DNA of 30,755 nucleotides, from positions 1 to 30,755 of the forward strand of contig JAQGDQ010001658.1 of the NCBI GenBank assembly GCA_030141605.1, read 5' to 3'. Position 1 is the stretch's first letter. Each line of letters begins with the position of its first letter. Position numbers and translations under genes: made by a program. Below the pieces are notes generated by a model. That model was not told the DNA's origin, made no database searches, and saw nothing but the letters and a program-made list of their open reading frames with translations. The stretch is from Tubiluchus corallicola (lineage: Eukaryota > Animalia > Priapulida). This document shows positions 22,001 to 30,755 of this stretch, in pieces.

Positions 22001-25000
22001 TTCTCTATCTAACCATGTATAGTTTGTTTCAAAGTAACATAACGCTTAAAAAATAACTCAAACCCTAATTGTAAAATCGCCATATTCGGACGCAACGATA
22101 CTTTCAACCGCCATTACCAACGCAGTACTTAAGCGAATTCAGTCATGTAATACATGGTTAGAAAGCCCGTAAAATTCTCTATCTAACCATGTATAGTTTG
22201 TTTCAAAGTAACATAACGCTTAAAAAATATCTCAAACCCTAATTGTAAAATCGCCATATTCGGATGCAACGATACTTTCAACCGCCATTACCAACGCAGT
22301 ACTTAAGCGAATTCAGTCATGTAATACATGGTTAGAAAGCCCGTAAAATTCTCTATCTAACCATGTATAGTTTGTTTCAAAGTAACATAACACTTAAAAA
22401 ATAACTCAAACCCTAATTGTAAAATCGCCTTATTCAGGTTTGCAACGATACTTCCCCCGGAACCCACAAACATGGATTCGTACGTTCAACCGCCATTACG
22501 AACGCAGTACTTAAGCGAATTCAGTCATGTAATACATGGTTAGAAAGCCCGTAAAATTCTCTATCTAACCATGTATAGTTTGTTTCAAAGTAACATAACG
22601 CTTAAAAAATAACTCAAACCCTAATTGTAAAATCGCCATATTCGGACGCAACGATACTTTCAACCGCCATTACCAACGCAGTACTTAAGCGAATTCAGTC
22701 ATGTAATACATGGTTAGAAAGCCCGTAAAATTCTCTATCTAACCATGTATAGTTTGTTTCAAAGTAACATAACGCTTAAAAAATAACTCAAACCCTAATT
22801 GTAAAATCGCCTTATTCAGGTTTGCAACGATACTTCCCCCGGAACCCACAAACATGGATTCGTACGTTCAACCGCCATTACGAACGCAGTACTTAAGCGA
22901 ATTCAGTCATGTAATACATGGTTAGAAAGCCCGTAAAATTCTCTATCTAACCATGTATAGTTTGTTTCAAAGTAACATAACGCTTAAAAAATAACTCAAA
23001 CCCTAATTGTAAAATCGCCTTATTCAGGTTTGCAACGATACTTCCCCCGGAACCCACAAACATGGATTCGTACGTTCAACCGCCATTACGAACGCAGTAC
23101 TTAAGCGAATTCAGTCATGTAATACATGGTTAGAAAGCCCGTAAAATTCTCTATCTAACCATGTATAGTTTGTTTCAAAGTAACATAACGCTTAAAAAAT
23201 AACTCAAACCCTAATTGTAAAATCGCCATATTCGGACGCAACGATACTTTCAACCGCCATTACCAACGCAGTACTTAAGCGAATTCAGTCATGTAATACA
23301 TGGTTAGAAAGCCCGTAAAATTCTCTATCTAACCATGTATAGTTTGTTTCAAAGTAACATAACGCTTAAAAAATAACTCAAACCCTAATTGTAAAATCGC
23401 CATATTCGGACGCAACGATACTTTCAACCGCCATTACCAACGCAGTACTTAAGCGAATTCAGTCATGTAATACATGGTTAGAAAGCCCGTAAAATTCTCT
23501 ATCTAACCATGTATAGTTTGTTTCAAAGTAACATAACGCTTAAAAAATAACTCAAACCCTAATTGTAAAATCGCCTTATTCAGGTTTGCAACGATACTTC
23601 CCCCGGAACCCACAAACATGGATTCGTACGTTCAACCGCCATTACGAACGCAGTACTTAAGCGAATTCAGTCATGTAATACATGGTTAGAAAGCCCGTAA
23701 AATTCTCTATCTAACCATGTATAGTTTGTTTCAAAGTAACATAACGCTTAAAAAATAACTCAAACCCTAATTGTAAAATCGCCTTATTCAGGTTTGCAAC
23801 GATACTTCCCCCGGAACCCACAAACATGGATTCGTACGTTCAACCGCCATTACGAACGCAGTACTTAAGCGAATTCAGTCATGTAATACATGGTTAGAAA
23901 GCCCGTAAAATTCTCTATCTAACCATGTATAGTTTGTTTCAAAGTAACATAACGCTTAAAAAATAACTCAAACCCTAATTGTAAAATCGCCATATTCGGA
24001 CGCAACGATACTTTCAACCGCCATTACCAACGCAGTACTTAAGCGAATTCAGTCATGTAATACATGGTTAGAAAGCCCGTAAAATTCTCTATCTAACCAT
24101 GTATAGTTTGTTTCAAAGTAACATAACGCTTAAAAAATAACTCAAACCCTAATTGTAAAATCGCCTTATTCAGGTTTGCAACGATACTTCCCCCGGAACC
24201 CACAAACATGGATTCGTACGTTCAACCGCCATTACGAACGCAGTACTTAAGCGAATTTAGTCATGTAATACATGGTTAGAAAGCCCGTGAAATTCTCTAT
24301 CTAACCATGTATAGTTTGTTTCAAAGTAACATAACGCTTAAAAAATAACTCAAACCCTAATTGTAAAATCGCCATATTCGGACGCAACGATACTTTCAAC
24401 CGCCATTACCAACGCAGTACTTAAGCGAATTCAGTCATGTAATACATGGTTAGAAAGCCCGTAAAATTCTCTATCTAACCATGTATAGTTTGTTTCAAAG
24501 TAACATAACGCTTAAAAAATAACTCAAACCCTAATTGTAAAATCGCCTTATTCAGGTTTGCAACGATACTTCCCCCGGAACCCACAAACATGGATTCGTA
24601 CGTTCAACCGCCATTACGAACGCAGTACTTAAGCGAATTCAGTCATGTAATACATGGTTAGAAAGCCCGTAAAATTCTCTATCTAACCATGTATAGTTTG
24701 TTTCAAAGTAACATAACGCTTAAAAAATAACTCAAACCCTAATTGTAAAATCGCCTTATTCAGGTTTGCAACGATACTTCCCCCGGAACCCACAAACATG
24801 GATTCGTACTTTCAACCGCCATTACGAACGCAGTACTTAAGCGAATTCAGTCATGTAATACATGGTTAGAAAGCCCGTAAAATTCTCTATCTAACCATGT
24901 ATAGTTTGTTTCAAAGTAACATAACGCTTAAAAAATAACTCAAACCCTAATTGTAAAATCGCCATATTCGGACGCAACGATACTTTCAACCGCCATTACC

Positions 25001-27609
25001 AACGCAGTACTTAAGCGAATTCAGTCATGTAATACATGGTTAGAAAGCCCGTAAAATTCTCTATCTAACCATGTATAGTTTGTTTCAAAGTAACATAACG
25101 CTTAAAAAATAACTCAAACCCTAATTGTAAAATCGCCTTATTCAGGTTTGCAACGATACTTCCCCCGGAACCCACAAACATGGATTCGTACGTTCAACCG
25201 CCATTACGAACGCAGTACTTAAGCGAATTCAGTCATGTAATACATGGTTAGAAAGCCCGTAAAATTCTCTATCTAACCATGTATAGTTTGTTTCAAAGTA
25301 ACATAACGCTTAAAAAATAACTCAAACCCTAATTGTAAAATCGCCATATTCGGACGCAACGATACTTTCAACCGCCATTACCAACGCAGTACTTAAGCGA
25401 ATTCAGTCATGTAATACATGGTTAGAAAGCCCGTAAAATTCTCTATCTAACCATGTATAGTTTGTTTCAAAGTAACATAACGCTTAAAAAATAACTCAAA
25501 CCCTAATTGTAAAATCGCCTTATTCAGGTTTGCAACGATACTTCCCCCGGAACCCACAAACATGGATTCGTACGTTCAACCGCCATTACGAACGCAGTAC
25601 TTAAGCGAATTCAGTCATGTAATACATGGTTAGAAAGCCCGTAAAATTCTCTATCTAACCATGTATAGTTTGTTTCAAAGTAACATAACGCTTAAAAAAT
25701 AACTCAAACCCTAATTGTAAAATCGCCATATTCGGACGCAACGATACTTTCAACCGCCATTACCAACGCAGTACTTAAGCGAATTCAGTCATGTAATACA
25801 TGGTTAGAAAGCCCGTAAAATTCTCTATCTAACCATGTATAGTTTGTTTCAAAGTAACATAACGCTTAAAAAATAACTCAAACCCTAATTGTAAAATCGC
25901 CATATTCGGACGCAACGATACTTTCAACCGCCATTACGAACGCAGTACTTAAGCGAATTCAGTCATGTAATACATGGTTAGAAAGCCCGTAAAATTCTCT
26001 ATCTAACCATGTATAGTTTGTTTCAAAGTAACATAACGCTTAAAAAATAACTCAAACCCTAATTGTAAAATCGCCTTATTCAGGTTTGCAACGATACTTC
26101 CCCCGGAACCCACAAACATGGATTCGTACGTTCAACCGCCATTACCAACGCAGTACTTAAGCGAATTCAGTCATGTAATACATGGTTAGAAAGCCCGTAA
26201 AATTCTCTATCTAACCATGTATAGTTTGTTTCAAAGTAACATAACGCTTAAAAAAAAACTCAAACCCTAATTGTAAAATCGCCTTATTCAGGTTTGCAAC
26301 GATACTTCCCCCGGAACCCACAAACATGGATTCGTACTTTCAACCGCCATTACCAACGCAGTACTTAAGCGAATTCAGTCATGTAATACATGGTTAGAAA
26401 GCCCGTAAAATTCTCTATCTAACCATGTATAGTTTGTTTCAAAGTAACATAACGCTTAAAAAATAACTCAAACCCTAATTGTAAAATCGCCTTATTCAGG
26501 TTTGCAACGATACTTCCCCCGGAACCCACAAACATGGATTCGTACGTTCAACCGCCATTACGAACGCAGTACTTAAGCGAATTCAGTCATGTAATACATG
26601 GTTAGAAAGCCCGTAAAATTCTCTATCTAACCATGTATAGTTTGTTTCAAAGTAACATAACGCTTAAAAAATAACTCAAACCCTAATTGTAAAATCGCCA
26701 TATTCGGACGCAACGATACTTTCAACCGCCATTACCAACGCAGTACTTAAGCGAATTCAGTCATGTAATACATGGTTAGAAAGCCCGTAAAATTCTCTAT
26801 CTAACCATGTATAGTTTGTTTCAAAGTAACATAACGCTTAAAAAATAACTCAAACCCTAATTGTAAAATCGCCTTATTCAGGTTTGCAACGATACTTCCC
26901 CCGGAACCCACAAACATGGATTCGTACGTTCAACCGCCATTACGAACGCAGTACTTAAGCGAATTCAGTCATGTAATACATGGTTAGAAAGCCCGTAAAA
27001 TTCTCTATCTAACCATGTATAGTTTGTTTCAAAGTAACATAACGCTTAAAAAATAACTCAAACCCTAATTGTAAAATCGCCATATTCGGACGCAACGATA
27101 CTTTCAACCGCCATTACCAACGCAGTACTTAAGCGAATTCAGTCATGTAATACATGGTTAGAAAGCCCGTAAAATTCTCTATCTAACCATGTATAGTTTG
27201 TTTCAAAGTAACATAACGCTTAAAAAATAACTCAAACCCTAATTGTAAAATCGCCTTATTCAGGTTTGCAACGATACTTCCCCCGGAACCCACAAACATG
27301 GATTCGTACGTTCAACCGCCATTACGAACGCAGTACTTAAGCGAATTCAGTCATGTAATACATGGTTAGAAAGCCCGTAAAATTCTCTATCTAACCATGT
27401 ATAGTTTGTTTCAAAGTAACATAACGCTTAAAAAATAACTCAAACCCTAATTGTAAAATCGCCTTATTCAGGTTTGCAACGATACTTCCCCGGAACCCAC
27501 AAACATGGATTCGTACGTTCAACCGCCATTACGAACGCAGTACTTAAGCGAATTCAGTCATGTAATACATGGTTAGAAAGCCCGTAAAATTCTCTATCTA
27601 ACCATGTAT
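19034..27609. repeat. Satellite array, 45 monomers of two types (A 174 bp x22, B 208 bp x23, last one partial)
   Basis: Each monomer starts TCAAACCCTAATTGTAAAATCGCC. B carries a 32-bp insert plus linked changes (CTTATTCAGGTTTG versus CATATTCGGACG). Monomers are nearly identical within type. Confidence 0.98.
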
Positions 27610-28225
27610 TTTTTATGTCTTTTGTGTATAGGACTTTGCACAGAAGTTTCTAGCTGTATTGCACATTGCAGCTTCATGAAACTTGAGTTGTTTAAGGCCC
27701 ATATGGGAAATAACACAGTTCTACTTTTGGGATGGGTGAGCTACTTTCAGAGCTGGTTTATAATATTTAGAAACAAATTTGTTTTTTTAAAGGTTTGCGC
27801 ATATCTAGTATAGGGTTTTGTAGGTCGGCAGTGATTGCAAGAATTCGTCTGTGACCGATGTGACTTTAATCACTTAGTTGGGAGGGGTATTTTCAAAATG
27901 AAAGTCCAATTACGGTTTACAGTATAAAGTTTAAATCTCAACTTTTGGCACTTGAATGATGTTACCGACCACTTTATTCAGCATTGAAAGCTGTAAGCAG
28001 TTTGAAGGATATGATGCCGAAAATTGTGCCTTCAAGGCTTTTTACAAAATACCCCAATTTATTTTTTTTAGAAAATGTGATCGACAAGAATTAACTAATT
28101 AAGATGATGACTTCGTCGGAAGAAGATTATGAACAGCTATTGTGGCCGAAAATTCGATACGCAGTAGAACAGATGCTCTCTCCTGACCGTTCAACAAGAA
28201 TATATTTCGAAGAAGTGCATAGGTA

Positions 28226-28428
28226 AATTTTCTGTACACCTGGTAATAAGTTTTTAAGCTCATCTGTGCATGCCTAGTTGCCTGCATGCATAATTTTCTG
28301 TATACCTGGTAAAAAGTTTTTAAGCTCATCTGTGCATGCCTAGTTGCCTGCATGCATAATTTTCTGTATACCTGGTAAAAAGTTTTTAAGCTCATCTGTG
28401 CATGCCGAGTTGCCTGCATGCATAATTT
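28226..28428. repeat. 66-bp tandem repeat, 3 copies
   Basis: aattttctgta(c/t)acctggtaa(t/a)aagtttttaagctcatctgtgcatgcc(t/g)agttgcctgcatgcat at 28226, 28292, 28358. Mirrored at the window end. Confidence 0.95.
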
Positions 28429-30755
28429 AGCTTGAAAAAAGAGAAAGGAAACATTTTGGAAATTGGTCTTATTGGTTAGTAATGTCCCAGTAGAAGTTAT
28501 AAGCATGGTTTGACAATAGCAGATAAGTACGTTGAGGTGCCATTACCAATTTTCTAATTTATGCAATGATTTTGATCTGTTGGAGAATTTTATGTTACAT
28601 AAAACGCATGTGAGCTCATATAGCAATCTACTAACCAGTATTGTTATTTTATCAATGAGCAGTTGGCTCATATGTTGAACATCGCCTTTTATCATTGCTA
28701 GTTTTTTTACTTGTGCTGTAATCTCAGCTTTTGACACCGTATTTCATACATCGGTGCTCATTTACAAAAAGTGTAACATGCATGCAAAATTAATGTGAGG
28801 TTACACTACTGTTCTCATGAAACAGAATGGCTTTTAAAGTTCATTCTGCGTCTTCATGTATTTTAAAGTTTGTTATGTCATGTAAGTTATTTAGCTAAGT
28901 TCTGGGTCCCACCACAATAGTCTACATTTAAGTGCTTGATCAGGTCTTCTATTTCTTGTTTTGCAGGTGTTGTAATTAATAAACAGCCTGTTTTAGTGTT
29001 TATATATTTTTACTTTCCAGTTGTGTGTACAAAAGTGTTTGTGCAAGATTTGCTGAAAGACTTTATAATGATGTAATTATGCATATGACTGTTTATTTAC
29101 GAAACATTTCATATGGGCTGGAGGTAAGGATCTTAAAATACAAATTGTTGTTTATGATTTTATGCTTAACATGCTGATCTCGAGGAATTATTATTATATG
29201 AGATCTGAATCACAGCGATAGTGACCTTAACCCACTTTCTATCTGTGTGACAGGTGTTTAGCCCTGACTGTGCCTTATATTTGATTCATATTTTGGGAGT
29301 CTGGATCCAGCTGTGATTGATCTCCTTTTATGACAATAGTGAACTTAGGATAGTGAACTTAGGTAAAGAACATCCCCTTAATTTGTTCATATTGGGTTAA
29401 AAACCGACTTTGCCCGACTTTAATGCTTATGTGAGTGTTGTGTGTTTGTGCATGTATTTGTAAATTTAAATAATGTAATCATAGTGGTTCTAGGCTGTAC
29501 TTAAAACTTTCTGTTTTTTTCTTAGGTGAATTATATGCAAGATTTTTAAGTTAGAGTTAAAAATAAGCATCTTTACACAGAAATTGTTTGCTCAAAATTA
29601 AATTTTTATCTGTGGTTTTGTATACATGTGTGCAATTTGTTAACACAGGCTCTAGTTTCAAGTCACATTGCTCATATTCTGAAGACACTTCCACTCCAAT
29701 TGTTTCTATGGGTGCTTGAGTACATATTAAGGATGTTCTTTACCTAAGTTCACTATCCTAAGTTCACTATTGTCATAAAAGGAAATCAATCACAGCTGGA
29801 TCCAGACTCCCAAAATATGAATCAAATACAAGGCACACACAGCTAAACACCGCACAGATAGAAATTAGGCTAATAAAAAACCGTAATTCAGATCTCATAT
29901 AAAATAATTCCTCGAGATCAGCATGTTAAGCATAAAATCATAAACAACAATTTATATTTTAAGATCCTACCTCCAGCCCAATGAAATGTTTCGTAAATAA
30001 ACAGTCATATCATAATTACATCATTATAAAAACTTTCAGCAAATCTTCCACAAACACACACACAACTGGAAAGTAAAAATATATAAACAAAACAAGCTGT
30101 TTATTAATTACAGCGCACCTGCAAAACAAGAAATAGAAGACCTGATCAAGCACTTAAATGTAGACTATAGTGGTGGGACCCAGAACTTAGCTAAATAACT
30201 TACATGACATAACAAACTTTAAAATACATGAAGACGCAGAATGAACTTTAAAAGCCATTCTGTTTCATGAGAACAGTAGTGTAACCTCACATTAATTTTG
30301 CATGCATGTTACACTTTTTGTAAATGAGCACCGATGTATGAAATACGGTGTCAAAAGCTGAGATTACAGCACAAGTAAAAAAACTAGCAATGATAAAAGG
30401 CGATGTTCAACATATGAGCCAACTGCTCATTGATAAAATAACAATACTGGTTAGTAGATTGCTATATGAGCTCACATGCGTTTTATGTAACATAAAATTC
30501 TCCAACAGATCAAAATCATTGCATAAATTAGAAAATTGGTAATGGCACCTCAACGTACTTATCTGCTATTGTCAAACCATGCTTATAACTTCTACTGGGA
30601 CATTACTAACCAATAAGACCAATTTCCAAAATGTTTCCTTTCTCTTTTTTCAAGCTAAATTATGCATGCAGGCAACTCGGCATGCACAGATGAGCTTAAA
30701 AACTTTTTACCAGGTATACAGAAAATTATGCATGCAGGCAACTAGGCATGCACAG
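28330..30755. repeat. Large inverted repeat: arms about 28330-29381 and 29726-30755 (right arm runs off the window), spacer about 344 bp
   Basis: Identical 64-aa ORFs at 28543-28737 (-) and 30348-30542 (+). Reverse-complement match can be followed throughout, e.g. ggagtctggatccagctgtgattga / tcaatcacagctggatccagactcc. Confidence 0.97.

Noticed and set aside
19034-27609. CRISPR-like array with the 32-bp insert as spacer
   Set aside because: The insert is essentially the same in every B unit, so there is no spacer diversity.
19034-27609. Hammerhead ribozyme or retrozyme satellite
   Set aside because: Monomer size fits, but I found no CTGANGA core on either strand. Other ribozyme classes were not tested.
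28543-30542. Two identical 64-aa ORFs as a gene pair
   Set aside because: They start at GTG, have no recognisable motif, and are identical only because of the inverted repeat.

Overview
AT-rich eukaryotic (most likely invertebrate animal) genomic DNA, not prokaryotic. From left to right: (1) a 37-bp tandem minisatellite (1-1370, runs off the left edge); (2) an intact 7-exon, minus-strand S1 (trypsin/chymotrypsin-fold) serine protease gene of 284 aa (13554->4133) that I could splice by hand; (3) a 5.1-kb BEL/Pao LTR retrotransposon in intron 2 of that gene, in antisense orientation, with tRNA-Tyr PBS, PPT, 5-bp TSD, intact gag and an internally deleted pol; (4) a diverged segmental duplication flanking the protease gene (about 1.8-2.4 kb versus 14.8-15.35 kb), fragments of a possible decayed S/T-rich membrane-protein gene and an old LINE 3' remnant; (5) an 8.6-kb satellite array of 45 hairpin-containing monomers of two types (174 and 208 bp) in an irregular order; (6) a >1-kb-arm inverted repeat at the right edge containing a 66-bp tandem repeat. 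No rRNA, tRNA or CRISPR was found. I do not see a convincing novel multi-gene system; the most unusual items are the two-monomer satellite, the patchy LTR divergence and the large palindrome.
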